Of a DNA stretch of 64,000 nt, positions 19,194 to 29,966 are shown in pieces. The DNA lies in contig JBDOIF010000020.1 in the NCBI GenBank assembly GCA_041082215.1, forward strand, positions 1 to 64,000, given 5' to 3'. The translations under genes were made by a program, and so were the position numbers. Below the pieces are notes generated by a model, which worked only from the letters and a program-made list of their open reading frames with translations, was not told the DNA's origin and ran no database searches. This DNA is from Anaerolineae bacterium. GTDB taxonomy: Bacteria > Chloroflexota > Anaerolineae > B4-G1 > DUEL01. Position 1 is the stretch's first letter. Every line of letters starts with the position of its first letter.

Positions 19194-21571
19194 CCGGCTG
19201 GCATTTTGACCCTCTCTCTGCCCTGATCGGCGCAGCAGTAGCCCTCGCCCTCGTCGGCCTGGGCTACTCGTTTCGCGAGCCGCTCCTGCGCGGCTGGGAG
19301 GAGACACGGGCGGCGTTCCGCCGTGCCCTCGGGCGGATCACCGCGGGCGTGGAGGAGCGGTATCGGGAACAGGTGATCGTCTGGGCTCAAAGGGCCCACG
19401 CACTGGCCGCAATCGGCCCCCTCGATGCCTTTTTCCTCCCTCCTCGTCTGCTCCCTCCTCCCCCTCATCCCGACCCGGGCCAGGAGGAGCCGCTGGCACG
19501 GGAGGCCATCCCCCTGGGGATCGCCCTCAAAGGCCACCCCTGTCTTCTGCTGACAGGCCCGCTGGCCTCCGGCCGGACCACGCTCCTGGCCTACCTCGCC
19601 CTGACCCACGCCCGCCGGGAGGCGGTCCGCTCCCTGGGGCTTCCCGCCGAACGGCTCCCCATCTACCTTCACCTGGGAGACCTGGAGGAGGACCTTCAGG
19701 GTGACGGGGGGTTGAACGGCCTGGAACGACTGGTCCAGGAGGCAATCGCCTTCGTCGGCGGGCCATCGGCTGCCAGAGGGGTGGTCCGCCAGCATCTTCA
19801 AGGAGGGACAGCGCTGGTCCTGGTGGACGGGTGGGATGAGCTATCCCCCCAGGCAAAGGATCGGGCAGCGGAGTGGCTGACGGCGCTTGTCGGTGCGCTC
19901 CCGGGCAACCTGTGGGTCGTGGCGACAGGTGCACGGGGGTATGGTCCGCTGGCCAGGGCTGGTTTCGTGCCGCTCCGTCTGGAGGGGTGGGACCGACCGC
20001 AGGTGGAGGCGTTTTTCAGGCGGGGCGCCGACGTCCTCGCCGCGCCTGAGGCCGAACAGCCCCCTCCCGCCCCTCCCCGCGCCACCGACCTCCTGGAGAA
20101 ACGGCTGAAATGGGGGCCCTCGCCGCTGGAGATCGCGCTGGCCTCCTGGCTCCTCCTGACGGCCGGAGAGGTCCCGGAGACCCGGAGGGAACTCTTCTCT
20201 CAGGCTCTGGACCGGCTGGCGGGCCCCGAAATGGACGGAGTCCATGTCGCCGAGGTCGCCCACCAGGCCCTCGGCGAGCTGGCAAGGCATGCCTACGAGG
20301 AGAACCGGCTCCTTTTTTCTGAAGAAGAAGTAAAGGCGGCAGTGGAAGCAGCCCTTCCCCCGTCGGAACAACGCCCGCCCCGGCTCCTTTCCCAGGTTCT
20401 GAAGCGCCTGACCGGGCCTGGCGGGCCTCTTTCCCCGCGGGGAAAGGGCCGATATGCCTTTTCCCATCTCCTCTGGTGGGCCTGGCAGGTGGCCCACCAG
20501 GCGCACCTCCTTTCCCCTGTGGCCCTTGTCGAACGCCTGGACGACCCCCGCTGGCTGCCGGTAGTGGATTTCTACGCTGAGGAGGGACAGATGGAGCCGG
20601 TGGTGGAGGCCTGGCTTTCCAGGCCCGACGATTTTTGGCGGACGCGGTTGCGTACTGCTGCCCGCTGGGTCTCCCTCGCTCCCCCCAACATACCGTGGCG
20701 GAACGGGGTGATGGCCCTCCTGGCCCGCACCTTCCTCACCCCCATGCTGCCCGCCGAGGTCCGCAATCGGATCGGGGAGTCCCTGGTCCGCACTTCCGAT
20801 CCGGGCGTGGTGCTCTTTCTCCAGCAGGCCATGCAACACCCTCGCGAGCGGGTCCGCGCCGCCGCTGCGCGGGCGATCGGTCTGCTTGGCGAGAGGGCTG
20901 ACCCCTCTTTGCTGGCGCGTGCACTCGACGACCCCCACGAGATTGTGCGGGTGGCTGCGGTTCAGGCACTGGGAGGGGTGGGAACGCCCGGAGCGATCCG
21001 CCAGCTTGCGATCGCGTTGACGGAAGGGGAGGACTCCCTGCGGATAGAGGCCGCCCGCGGGCTGGCCCTCGCTGGCGAGGAAGGGTGGGAGGTCCTGCGA
21101 GAAGCAGTCGAAGCAGAGGATTTCTTGACCCGCCGTGCCGCCGCTTTCGGCCTGGCCGAGGTCAAAGCCCCCTGGGCGCGGCCGCTCCTGGAGCGGCTCA
21201 TCCGGGAGGACAGAGAGTGGATTGTCCGTTCGGCGGCCTCTGCCGCGCTGGCCGCCTTTGAACAGGCGCGGCCCGCCTCCATTGCTGCCCCGCCGGACCC
21301 CTCCCACGCGGGCTGGCTGATCGCCTGGGCGGCCGAGCGAGGAGAGGGGGTCGGTACGGGAGAAGCGGCCTTTGACGCCCTCCTGAAGGCGTTGGTGGAG
21401 GGAGAACCTCCCATCCGCCGGGCAGCGGTCCACATGCTGGGGCTGGTCGGTCGCCCCGAGCACGCCGCTGCCCTCCGTCAGGCCGTGGATGACCCCGAGC
21501 CGGAGGTCGCCCAGATGGCGCTCTGGGCGCTGGAGGAGCTCTCCTCCCGCTACGACCTCTACGTCCAGTAA
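19190..21571 (+). CDS. membrane-anchored NACHT-like NTPase with HEAT repeats
   Basis: N-terminal TM; GPLASGRTT, LVLVDGWDE; VRAAAARAIG-type repeats. Confidence 0.8.
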   Translation: MTGWHFDPLSALIGAAVALALVGLGYSFREPLLRGWEETRAAFRRALGRITAGVEERYREQVIVWAQRAHALAAIGPLDAFFLPPRLLPPPPHPDPGQEEPLAREAIPLGIALKGHPCLLLTGPLASGRTTLLAYLALTHARREAVRSLGLPAERLPIYLHLGDLEEDLQGDGGLNGLERLVQEAIAFVGGPSAARGVVRQHLQGGTALVLVDGWDELSPQAKDRAAEWLTALVGALPGNLWVVATGARGYGPLARAGFVPLRLEGWDRPQVEAFFRRGADVLAAPEAEQPPPAPPRATDLLEKRLKWGPSPLEIALASWLLLTAGEVPETRRELFSQALDRLAGPEMDGVHVAEVAHQALGELARHAYEENRLLFSEEEVKAAVEAALPPSEQRPPRLLSQVLKRLTGPGGPLSPRGKGRYAFSHLLWWAWQVAHQAHLLSPVALVERLDDPRWLPVVDFYAEEGQMEPVVEAWLSRPDDFWRTRLRTAARWVSLAPPNIPWRNGVMALLARTFLTPMLPAEVRNRIGESLVRTSDPGVVLFLQQAMQHPRERVRAAAARAIGLLGERADPSLLARALDDPHEIVRVAAVQALGGVGTPGAIRQLAIALTEGEDSLRIEAARGLALAGEEGWEVLREAVEAEDFLTRRAAAFGLAEVKAPWARPLLERLIREDREWIVRSAASAALAAFEQARPASIAAPPDPSHAGWLIAWAAERGEGVGTGEAAFDALLKALVEGEPPIRRAAVHMLGLVGRPEHAAALRQAVDDPEPEVAQMALWALEELSSRYDLYVQ

Positions 21572-21659
21572 GAGCCTGTACGAAAACCGTCGCAGGACAG
21601 CCTTTCCAGGCTGTCCGGGCAGGCTAGAAAGCCTGCTCTACGACTTTTCGTATAGACTC
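21572..21659. mobile_element. 88-bp MITE with TAA target duplication
   Basis: TAA|GAGCCTGTACGAAAA...TTTTCGTATAGACTC|TAA (13/15 TIR match). Confidence 0.8.
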
Positions 21660-21820
21660 TAACAGGATTTACCCTCATCACACAGCCCCACAAGATAACT
21701 ATTCACTCCATGGTTTCACCCTTCCCTCAGCTTCACGTCTCCCCCTTTTCGAGTTATAATTGCCCCCAGCCTGGCCTCCTGAAAGCCAGCTCCATTTCCT
21801 ATCCTGAGGAGTCTATCGCG

Positions 21821-23833
21821 ATGGACGAGAAACTGGATCAACTCTGCATCAACACCATCCGCACTCTGGCGATGGATGGCGTCCAGAAGGCCCGCTCCGG
21901 CCATCCCGGCATGCCGATGGGAGCGGCCGATATGGCCTATGTCCTGTGGACCCGTTTCCTGAAGCACAACCCTGCCGATCCAGGCTGGCCGGATCGGGAT
22001 CGGTTCGTCCTCTCAGCGGGGCATGGCTCGATGCTGCTCTACAGCCTGCTCCATCTCACCGGATACGACCTGCCCCTGGAGGAGCTGATGAACTTCCGTC
22101 AATGGGGCAGCCGCACGCCGGGCCACCCGGAGCACGGCCTTACCCCCGGCGTGGAGATGACGACGGGGCCGCTGGGACAGGGGTTCGCTACTGGCGTGGG
22201 GATGGCCATCGCCGAGCGGTTCCTGGCTGCCACCTTCAACCGGCCCGGTTACCCTATCTTCGACCACTATACCTACGCCATCGTCTCCGACGGCGACCTG
22301 ATGGAAGGGATCAGCCACGAGGCGGCCTCGCTGGCCGGCCATCTGGGGCTGGGTAAATTGATCTATCTTTACGATGACAACGACATCTCCATCGAAGGCT
22401 CCACCGATCTGACCTTCACCGAAGATGTAGCGGCCCGCTTCCGGGCCTACGGCTGGCATGTCCAGGCGGTGGACGGGTACGACCTGCAGGGGATTGAGGG
22501 GGCGATCCGCGCCGCGCAGGCGGAGAAGGAGCGTCCTTCTCTCATCATCTGCCGCACCCACATCGCCTATGGCAGCCCCAACAAACAGGACGACGCCTCT
22601 GCCCACGGTGCGCCGCTGGGGGAGGAAGAGGTCCGGCTCACCAAAGAAGCCCTCGGCTGGCCGGCGGACGCCCGGTTCCTGATCCCGCCGGAGGCGCTGG
22701 CGGTCTTCCGGCAGGCACTGGAAAGGGGGAAAGACGCTCAGGCCCGCTGGCAGGCAATGTTCGACCGGTACGCCCGGGAATATCCGCAGGAGGCAGCGCT
22801 TCTCCGGCGGTTGTGGGCAGGCGAGCTGCCGGAGGGATGGGAGAAGGCCCTGCCGACGTTCTCCCCTGCGGACGGCTCCCTGGCCACCCGCGTAGCGTCC
22901 GGCAAGGTGCTGAACAGCATCGCTTCGGCCCTGCCCACCCTCATCGGCGGCTCCGCCGACCTGGCCCCTTCCAACGTGACCCTGCTTGCCGGCTACGACG
23001 ATTTTCAGCGGCAGACCCCCGCCGGGCGGAACCTCCGCTTCGGCGTGCGGGAGCATGGGATGGGAGCGATCCTCAACGGGCTGGCCCTTCACGGGGGAAT
23101 CTTTCCCTACGGCGGCACCTTCCTGGTCTTCTCCGACTACATGCGCCCATCGGTCCGGCTGGCAGCGATGATGCACCTGCCGGTGGTCTATGTCTGGAGC
23201 CACGACTCGGTCTGGATCGGGGAGGACGGGCCGACCCATCAGCCGGTGGAGCACCTGGCGGCACTCCGGGCGATTCCCAACCTGGTCCTTATCCGCCCCT
23301 GCGATGCCAACGAGACGGCCGTCGCCTGGAAGGTGGCCCTGAACCGGCGGGACGGTCCCACAGGACTGCTCCTTACCCGCCAGTCGGTGCCGACCCTGGA
23401 TCGGAGCGATAAGGGGAGCGCGGAGAACCTGGCCCGAGGGGCCTACGTCCTCCGGGAGGCCCCTGGCGGCTCGCCGATGGTCATCCTCATCGCCTCAGGC
23501 TCTGAAGTGCATCTGGCGCTGGAGGCACAGGAGGCACTGGCAGCGCGGGGGATTCGCGCCCGGGTGGTCTCGATGCCCAGTTGGGAGCTTTTTGACGCCC
23601 AGCCGCAGGCGTACCGGGATGAGGTGCTGCCCCCGTCCACCCCTGCCCGGCTGGCGATCGAGGCCGGCGTGGCCCAGGGATGGGAAAGGTACGTGGGGCC
23701 GGCGGGGGACGTGATGAGCATCGAACGGCTCGGCGCTTCTGCTCCAACCAAAGTGCTGATGGAGAAATTCGGCTTCACCCCGCAGGCGGTGGTGGAGCGG
23801 GCGCTGCGGCTCCTGGAGCAGCAGAGCAGGTAA
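21821..23833 (+). CDS. tkt: transketolase
   Basis: [35 protein letters not shown]. Confidence 0.98.
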   Translation: MDEKLDQLCINTIRTLAMDGVQKARSGHPGMPMGAADMAYVLWTRFLKHNPADPGWPDRDRFVLSAGHGSMLLYSLLHLTGYDLPLEELMNFRQWGSRTPGHPEHGLTPGVEMTTGPLGQGFATGVGMAIAERFLAATFNRPGYPIFDHYTYAIVSDGDLMEGISHEAASLAGHLGLGKLIYLYDDNDISIEGSTDLTFTEDVAARFRAYGWHVQAVDGYDLQGIEGAIRAAQAEKERPSLIICRTHIAYGSPNKQDDASAHGAPLGEEEVRLTKEALGWPADARFLIPPEALAVFRQALERGKDAQARWQAMFDRYAREYPQEAALLRRLWAGELPEGWEKALPTFSPADGSLATRVASGKVLNSIASALPTLIGGSADLAPSNVTLLAGYDDFQRQTPAGRNLRFGVREHGMGAILNGLALHGGIFPYGGTFLVFSDYMRPSVRLAAMMHLPVVYVWSHDSVWIGEDGPTHQPVEHLAALRAIPNLVLIRPCDANETAVAWKVALNRRDGPTGLLLTRQSVPTLDRSDKGSAENLARGAYVLREAPGGSPMVILIASGSEVHLALEAQEALAARGIRARVVSMPSWELFDAQPQAYRDEVLPPSTPARLAIEAGVAQGWERYVGPAGDVMSIERLGASAPTKVLMEKFGFTPQAVVERALRLLEQQSR

Positions 23834-23841
23834 CGGGCCGA

Positions 23842-24657
23842 ATGGGGGAGAATAGACCGCCTATCCGTCAGAGCAGATATATCCTGTACCGTCGGGGTGC
23901 TGAGCAGCCTGTGGAGGGAGCCGTACCGGTCGAGGAGCAGATCGCCCTTTATGTCAACGGCGCCGTACTGGTCGGATTGATGTGCACCCCTGTGCTGGTG
24001 GAGGAGCTGGCGCTGGGCTTCCTCTACAACGAGGGGCTGATCGAAGGGATGGAGGAGGTGGCCGAAGTGCGGCTCTGCGGCTCCGGCCAGTGCGTGGATG
24101 TGTGGTTGTATAAGGATATCGAGCAACCGCTGATGCGGACCGTCACCTCCGGCTGCTCTGGAGGGACCACCTTCGAGAGCCTGCGGGAGGCCCACCACCC
24201 GGTTGCCTCCAACCTCCAGATCACACCGGCACAGGTCTTCGATCTGATTGAGCGGCTCCAGGAATCGGCCACTCTCTACCACCAGGCCCGCGGCATCCAC
24301 GCCTCCGGGCTGGCTGGGGGGAACGGGTTGGTCTGTGTGGCAGAGGATGTGGGCCGGCACAACACGGTGGATAAACTGGCCGGCGTCTGCCTCCGGCAGG
24401 GCCTCCCGATGAAGGACCACATCCTGGTCACCTCAGGCCGGGTCAGTTCGGAGATGCTGGGAAAGGCCGCGCGGATGGAGGTGCCGGTGGTGATCTCCCG
24501 TACTTCCCCTACCTCCCTCTCGGTCGAGCTGGCCCGCGCCTGGGGGATCACTCTCATCGGCTACGCCCGACGCCCGGTCTTTCATATCTATGCTGGTGAG
24601 CACCGCGTCGTGGGGACAACGGAACCGGAGGCCGAAGAGAGACGTCCTCATAAATAG
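23842..24657 (+). CDS. fdhD: formate dehydrogenase accessory sulfurtransferase
   Basis: SGCSGG, EDVGRHNTVDK, SGRVSSEM. Confidence 0.9.
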   Translation: MGENRPPIRQSRYILYRRGAEQPVEGAVPVEEQIALYVNGAVLVGLMCTPVLVEELALGFLYNEGLIEGMEEVAEVRLCGSGQCVDVWLYKDIEQPLMRTVTSGCSGGTTFESLREAHHPVASNLQITPAQVFDLIERLQESATLYHQARGIHASGLAGGNGLVCVAEDVGRHNTVDKLAGVCLRQGLPMKDHILVTSGRVSSEMLGKAARMEVPVVISRTSPTSLSVELARAWGITLIGYARRPVFHIYAGEHRVVGTTEPEAEERRPHK

Positions 24658-24659
24658 AA

Positions 24660-24738
24660 AACATCGCAGAGATACGGAGGACGCGGAGAAACCTCTTAAG
24701 CCTTATCTCCTCCGTGCCCTCCGCGTCTCTGTGGTTAA
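24660..24738. repeat. short-period palindromic repeat (cagag/ctctg family)
   Basis: cgcagagatacggaggacgcggag ... ctccgtgccctccgcgtctctgtggt. Confidence 0.7.
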
Positions 24739-24753
24739 AAAGAGGAGCAGGAG

Positions 24754-25470
24754 ATGAAGGCTATAAGTGCTATCGGTTTGCTGATCGGGTTGCTGGTGTT
24801 GCTGGTCGGGTGTGGCCCGACCAGCGGTGTGGAGGGGCGGGAGGCGGACATCCGGGGCATCATCGCCGACATCTCACCAGCGACGCCGGAAGGGATTCAG
24901 GGGGGAGTCGTCGGAGCTGTGCTGATCGAGGGAGCGATCGAAGAGGATACGACATTCGATAGGGCGTATGTGACGGTCACAGATAAGACCGATATCTACC
25001 GGCAGGATGGCGAAAGGCTGCGCCCGGCCTCCTTTGCCGACCTGGCGATCGGGCTTCGTGTGCAGGCCCGCTTCACCGGCCCGGTCGCCGAGTCCTACCC
25101 TGTACAGGCTACGGCGAGTGAGATCGTCATCCTGGAACCGACAGAGGTCCCGGTGCTGGGCAATGAGGAAAGCCCGCTGCCGGAGCCGGGGATCAGCCCC
25201 CTCCCCCAGCGGTCGGCGGACATCGCGGACGCGGCAGTGAGTTACCTGGCCGGTCGGCTGGGGGTCTCCCCGGACGGAATCTCCCTCCTCTCGCTGGAGC
25301 CGGTCCAGTGGCCGGACACCAGCCTGGGTTGCCCCGAGCCGGGGATGATGTACGCCCAGGTGATCGTCCCCGGCTACCGGGTAGTACTGGAAGTTGAGGG
25401 AGCACGGTATGAGGTCCATACCGACGAGACAGGGCAGCGAATGGTCAGTTGTGGAGGAGGAAGCGAGTAG
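24754..25470 (+). CDS. lipoprotein (DUF3221-like domain plus WPDxSLGCP domain)
   Basis: lipobox LVGC; GPVAESYPVQ; WPDTSLGCPEPGMMYAQVIVPGY. Confidence 0.75.
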   Translation: MKAISAIGLLIGLLVLLVGCGPTSGVEGREADIRGIIADISPATPEGIQGGVVGAVLIEGAIEEDTTFDRAYVTVTDKTDIYRQDGERLRPASFADLAIGLRVQARFTGPVAESYPVQATASEIVILEPTEVPVLGNEESPLPEPGISPLPQRSADIADAAVSYLAGRLGVSPDGISLLSLEPVQWPDTSLGCPEPGMMYAQVIVPGYRVVLEVEGARYEVHTDETGQRMVSCGGGSE

Positions 25471-25484
25471 GGGAGGCCCAACCG

Positions 25485-26399
25485 ATGGATGTGCGGACAG
25501 CCATCCGGATGCGGCGCAGCACCCGCCGTTACAGCGAGCAACCCATCCCTCCTGAACTTCTGACCCATCTGCTGACCTTTGCATGGGAAGCGGAGCACCT
25601 CTCCCGGCCCGGTGTCCGCGTGGCGATGGTCTCAGGCCGGGAGCGGGTGGCCCGCGTGCTGGCCCGCTACGCGGGGATCTACGGGCTGGTACAGGGAGCT
25701 CCTCATCTTTTGGTGGGTCTCGTGCCGGATGAGACGGAGCCATCCCTGCTGGACCTGGGGTACGTACTGGAGCAGGTGGTGCTGGAGGCGACCCGGCTGG
25801 GGGTGGCCTCCTGCTGGATAACCGGCTCCTACCGGCCGGATCAGGCGGTCCGCGAGGTGGAGCTGCGGGAGGGTGAGGCCGTAGCTGCGGTCGTCGCGCT
25901 GGGGTACCCCCGGACGGACCGGCGGGCCCGGTTCCACGACGAGGCGATCCGTCGGCTGGCGGCCGCCCATCAGCGCAGGCCCCTGGAGGCGCTGGTCTTC
26001 TTGGACCGGTGGGGGCAGCCCTGGAGGCCAGAGGAGGCCGATCCGGTGCTGGTCGAGGTGCTGGAATGTGCCCGACTGGCTCCCTCGGCTGTCAACCGGC
26101 AGCCCTGGCGATTCGTGATAAGGGGGCAGGAGCTGCACCTGGCACTGGTTGACCCGGCCCCCATAGACGGGGGGATCGTGATGGCCCACGTTGCATTGGC
26201 GGCCGGGGAGCTGGGGCAGAAGGGCCGGTGGGCCGTTCGCTGGGCCGATCGGGCGCTATCGGCTGAGCTGGGGCTGCCCTCCTCTGTCCTGCCGGTAGGG
26301 ACTTTCTGGCCTGCGTTCTCTGAGGGCGTATCTGAAAGTTCGGCGGAAGACGCCTTCCAGACCAAAACAGCCGCGAATTCTCTGCGAAAATGCCCGTAG
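25485..26399 (+). CDS. tandem-domain nitroreductase family protein
   Basis: RRSTRRY, LAPSAVNRQPWRF. Confidence 0.85.
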   Translation: MDVRTAIRMRRSTRRYSEQPIPPELLTHLLTFAWEAEHLSRPGVRVAMVSGRERVARVLARYAGIYGLVQGAPHLLVGLVPDETEPSLLDLGYVLEQVVLEATRLGVASCWITGSYRPDQAVREVELREGEAVAAVVALGYPRTDRRARFHDEAIRRLAAAHQRRPLEALVFLDRWGQPWRPEEADPVLVEVLECARLAPSAVNRQPWRFVIRGQELHLALVDPAPIDGGIVMAHVALAAGELGQKGRWAVRWADRALSAELGLPSSVLPVGTFWPAFSEGVSESSAEDAFQTKTAANSLRKCP

Positions 26400-26444
26400 T
26401 CAGGGCTTGTCCCTTTTCCCGAAACTCCGTATAATGAAGATGCA

Positions 26445-28157
26445 ATGGAACAGGAAGGGATCAAGGGACGGACAGAGAAGGGGGCGTTGTCGCCTGGAGG
26501 AAGCTCCGACTCGGTCCCCAAGGTGCTGATCGCCGACGACGACCCCCAAATGGTCAGCCTCATCCGTGAGGTGCTCCTGCTCAATCAGTGGGAGGTCCTG
26601 GAAGCCCGCTCCGGCTCGGAAACCCTTGAGGTCCTGCGGCGGGAGAGCGTCAACGGCCACCCGGTGGACGTACTCCTGCTGGACATTTTGATGCCGGGCA
26701 TGAGCGGCTATGAAGTGATCTCCCACGTCAAGTCCGATCCCACCCTATCCAATACCTCGATCCTGGTGACGACGGCCCTCACCTCCGTGAGCGACAAGGC
26801 GATGGGGTTGGGGATGGGGGCGGATGATTACCTGACCAAGCCGTTCGACCCCCGCGAACTGCTCGCCCGCGTCCAGGTCATCATGCGCATCCGCCGCACC
26901 GAGCAGGCGCTGCGCCAGCGAAACCGGGAGCTGGCCGCCCTTTACGAGATCAGCCGTACCATCATCTCCAGCCTCGACCTGGACGAGGTGCTGGTGGCCA
27001 CAATGCAGGGCATCCGCGAAATCCTCCAGGTAGAAGCAGGTTCCCTGGTGCTGGTGGAGGAAGAAACAGGGGAACTGGTTTTCCGCAAAACCCTCAGCCC
27101 CCAGCAGGGGTGGATCACCGGTCGGACCCTTCAGCCCGGCGAGGGGATCGTAGGGCATGTCGTCGCCTCCGGTCGGCCCTATCTGGTCAACGACGTGACG
27201 AACGACCCCCTTTTCCTCCCCCAGGTGGATGGCGGTGCGGGGTTCGATGTCCGTGCCGTCCTCTGCGTCCCCCTTATCGTCCGGGACCGGGTCATCGGTG
27301 CGATTCAGTTGATCAACAAGCTGGACGGCGCTTTCACCGAGGCGGACCTGGACCTGCTCCAGACGATGGCAGGCTCGGTGGCGGTGGCGGTGGAGAACGC
27401 CCAGCTCTACGCCGAGCTGGCCGACTTCGCCCACGAGGTGGAGCGTTCCCAGGCCCAGCTTGTCCAGGCGGAGAAGATGGCCGCCATCGGGCGGCTGGCT
27501 GCCTCCATCGCCCATGAGATCAATAACCCGCTTCAGGCTATCCACAACAGCCTCCACCTGGCCTTGCTCGACCAGCTGCCACAAGAGCGGCGGCACCAGT
27601 ACCTGGTGATGGCCCAGGAAGAGGTAAAGCGACTGATCGAGATCGTCCAGCGTATGCTGGATTTTTACCGCCCGTCCAAAGGGGGCGTCGTCCTCACCGA
27701 CATCAACCAGGTGGTCCAGAACGTCCTGAGCATTGCCGAGAAGCGGTTCCAGCACGGCCACATCCATGTCTACACCCGCCTGGCGGAGGACCTCCCGCCC
27801 ATCCCGGCCGTCCCTGACCAGCTAGCCCAGGTCTTCCTGAACATCGCTATCAACGCCGTCGAGGCGATGCCGGATGGGGGGGACCTGCGGGTGGGCACGC
27901 TGCTTTCCGAGGACGGGGAATGGGTGCTGGTGGCCTTCCGGGACTCCGGCCCGGGCCTGTCGCCGGAACAGATCGCCAATATTTTCGAACCTTTCTACAC
28001 CACCAAACCGAGCGGCACCGGGCTGGGGCTGGCGATCAGCTACGGCATCGTCGAACGACACGGGGGGACCATCGAGGTCTCCAGCCAGGCCGGCCAGGGG
28101 GCCACATTCATCGTGCGGCTGCCCGTGCACCCGGCCCGGACACAGACGGAGGGATGA
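26445..28157 (+). CDS. hybrid sensor kinase REC-GAF-HisKA-HATPase
   Basis: LLDILMP, GAF (LCVPL..IGAIQLINK), AHEINNPL, DSGPG, GTGLGL; promoter TTGTCC-17-TATAAT at 26407. Confidence 0.93.
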   Translation: MEQEGIKGRTEKGALSPGGSSDSVPKVLIADDDPQMVSLIREVLLLNQWEVLEARSGSETLEVLRRESVNGHPVDVLLLDILMPGMSGYEVISHVKSDPTLSNTSILVTTALTSVSDKAMGLGMGADDYLTKPFDPRELLARVQVIMRIRRTEQALRQRNRELAALYEISRTIISSLDLDEVLVATMQGIREILQVEAGSLVLVEEETGELVFRKTLSPQQGWITGRTLQPGEGIVGHVVASGRPYLVNDVTNDPLFLPQVDGGAGFDVRAVLCVPLIVRDRVIGAIQLINKLDGAFTEADLDLLQTMAGSVAVAVENAQLYAELADFAHEVERSQAQLVQAEKMAAIGRLAASIAHEINNPLQAIHNSLHLALLDQLPQERRHQYLVMAQEEVKRLIEIVQRMLDFYRPSKGGVVLTDINQVVQNVLSIAEKRFQHGHIHVYTRLAEDLPPIPAVPDQLAQVFLNIAINAVEAMPDGGDLRVGTLLSEDGEWVLVAFRDSGPGLSPEQIANIFEPFYTTKPSGTGLGLAISYGIVERHGGTIEVSSQAGQGATFIVRLPVHPARTQTEG

Positions 28158-28160
28158 GGG

Positions 28161-28997
28161 ATGGGAGCAACGAAATCTCCACGGATCCTGGTAGTAGACG
28201 ACGAAGCTACAACCCGTATATCGCTGGCTGAGGTGCTCCGGCTCGAAGGGTACGATGTAACCGTCGCCGCAAGCGGCGAGGAGGCGCTGGGGATCATCGC
28301 CTCCCAGTCTCCCTTCGACCTGATGGTGCTGGACCTGAAGATGCCGGGGATGGATGGCCTTCAGTTGACAGAGACCGTGCAGCGGCGCTCCCCCGACACG
28401 GTCATCATCCTCCTCACCGCTTTTGGCACGCTGGAGACCGCCATCCAGGCCATCCGACGGGGCGCCCACGACTACCTGCTGAAGCCATGCCCGATCCCTC
28501 AAATCCTGGATAGCGTGCGTAAGGGACTGACCAAACGTCGCCAGGAACAGCACCGCCGGGAGCTGGTCTCCCGCCTGGAGCATACCCTCTACGAGCTGGT
28601 GGCAGTGGAGCGGACGGAAGAACCCCCTGCTTCCCCCACCCTTCCGATGGAAGAGGACGTCCTCCAGGTCCAGGATGTGCGGCTGGACCGGGAACGGCAT
28701 CTCGTCACTATCGGCAGCCGGCCGGTGAACCTGACCCCCACCGAGTTCAAGTTGCTGGCCTGTCTGATGGAGAACCCCGACCAGGTCTGTAGCCCCCAGC
28801 AACTGGTCCGTCGTGCCCAGGGGTATGAGGCGGACCCGTGGGGGGCACGCGCCATTGTCCGGGTCCATATCCGCCGCCTGCGGCGAAAGCTGGAGCCGGA
28901 CCCGATGCGGCCCCGCTACATCATCAACGTCCGCGGGGTAGGCTACATGTTCCCATCCATCCCCTGCGAAGGGGATGAAGAAGAAGAGTCCTCTTAA
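28161..28997 (+). CDS. response regulator (REC, coiled linker, OmpR-type wHTH)
   Basis: VVDDE, LDLKMP, DYLLKP, TPTEFKLL, VRGVGY. Confidence 0.92.
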   Translation: MGATKSPRILVVDDEATTRISLAEVLRLEGYDVTVAASGEEALGIIASQSPFDLMVLDLKMPGMDGLQLTETVQRRSPDTVIILLTAFGTLETAIQAIRRGAHDYLLKPCPIPQILDSVRKGLTKRRQEQHRRELVSRLEHTLYELVAVERTEEPPASPTLPMEEDVLQVQDVRLDRERHLVTIGSRPVNLTPTEFKLLACLMENPDQVCSPQQLVRRAQGYEADPWGARAIVRVHIRRLRRKLEPDPMRPRYIINVRGVGYMFPSIPCEGDEEEESS

Positions 28998-29048
28998 CCA
29001 AACCGTAACGGCTTCGCAACCCCTTTCCCCCTCTTCTTATGGTATTCT
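28993..29048 (+). promoter_or_regulatory. triple 11-bp-period box plus extended -10
   Basis: ttaac/gtaac/gcaac at 28994/29005/29016; TGgTATTCT. Confidence 0.6.
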
Positions 29049-29138
29049 TAAGGCCGGGCGGAGGCTCTCTGTTTCCTCATCCCGCTGCCCCGGGCTCACT
29101 GCCCCCGACGTCATACACCGCCCCCATGGATCGAGCGA

Positions 29139-29966
29139 ATGAGCGTGTCAACTCATCTGAAGTGGATATTGATTGTAGACGACGAAAAGCGGGTCACTTC
29201 CTCCCTTGAGGAGACTCTGAAGGCTATGGGGAAAGGGCTCGCCGTGGTCAGTGTCGGCTCGGCAGAGGAAGCGCTGGACGAAATGGCCCGCCGTCCCTTC
29301 GACCTGCTGGTGACCGACCTGCGGATGCCGGGGATGGACGGACTGGAGCTGATGCGTCGGGCGAAGGCTATCTATCCCCAAACCCGGGCCATCCTTATCA
29401 CCGCTTATGGATCGGAGGAGGTGGAGGAGGAAGTGCGCCGCCTGCAGCCAGCCCTCTATCTGACCAAACCGTTTCTGGTGGGGGATTTTGCACAGGCGGT
29501 GGAGCGGGCGCTGGAGATGGAACCAGCACCGGTTCAGGAGGACTCCTCCCCCCCTCTGTCCGGGCAAATCGACGCTGTACATCGTGCCCTGACCGCACTG
29601 CGACGGGACACCGGCGCTCAGTGCGCGATGCTGGCCGACCCGGAAGGACGGCTGATCGCCCAGGTGGGCGCGGCCGACGACCTGCCCCTGGAGGAGTTCC
29701 TGCCTATCCTGGCCGAGGAGGTAAGTATCAGCAACCGCGTGGGCTCTCTGATAGGGGAAGGGCCTGGCGTGAGCCTGCACCACTATGAGGGGAAGCGCTA
29801 CCAGCTCTACACGGCGATCCTTCCCGATACCTTCCTGTTGACAGTGCTGAGCCGGCAGCCCTCTCCCCGCCGCTTCGGGACAGCATGGCTTTTCCTCCGG
29901 CGCGCTTTGCGGGAGCTACGGGCGCTGATGCCGACAGGTTACGTGAAGGGAGAAACTGAACCGTGA
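29139..29966 (+). CDS. response regulator with roadblock/MglB-like output domain
   Basis: REC (TDLRMP, KPF) followed by GAQCAMLADPEGRLIAQ..YEGKRYQLY. Confidence 0.75.
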   Translation: MSVSTHLKWILIVDDEKRVTSSLEETLKAMGKGLAVVSVGSAEEALDEMARRPFDLLVTDLRMPGMDGLELMRRAKAIYPQTRAILITAYGSEEVEEEVRRLQPALYLTKPFLVGDFAQAVERALEMEPAPVQEDSSPPLSGQIDAVHRALTALRRDTGAQCAMLADPEGRLIAQVGAADDLPLEEFLPILAEEVSISNRVGSLIGEGPGVSLHHYEGKRYQLYTAILPDTFLLTVLSRQPSPRRFGTAWLFLRRALRELRALMPTGYVKGETEP

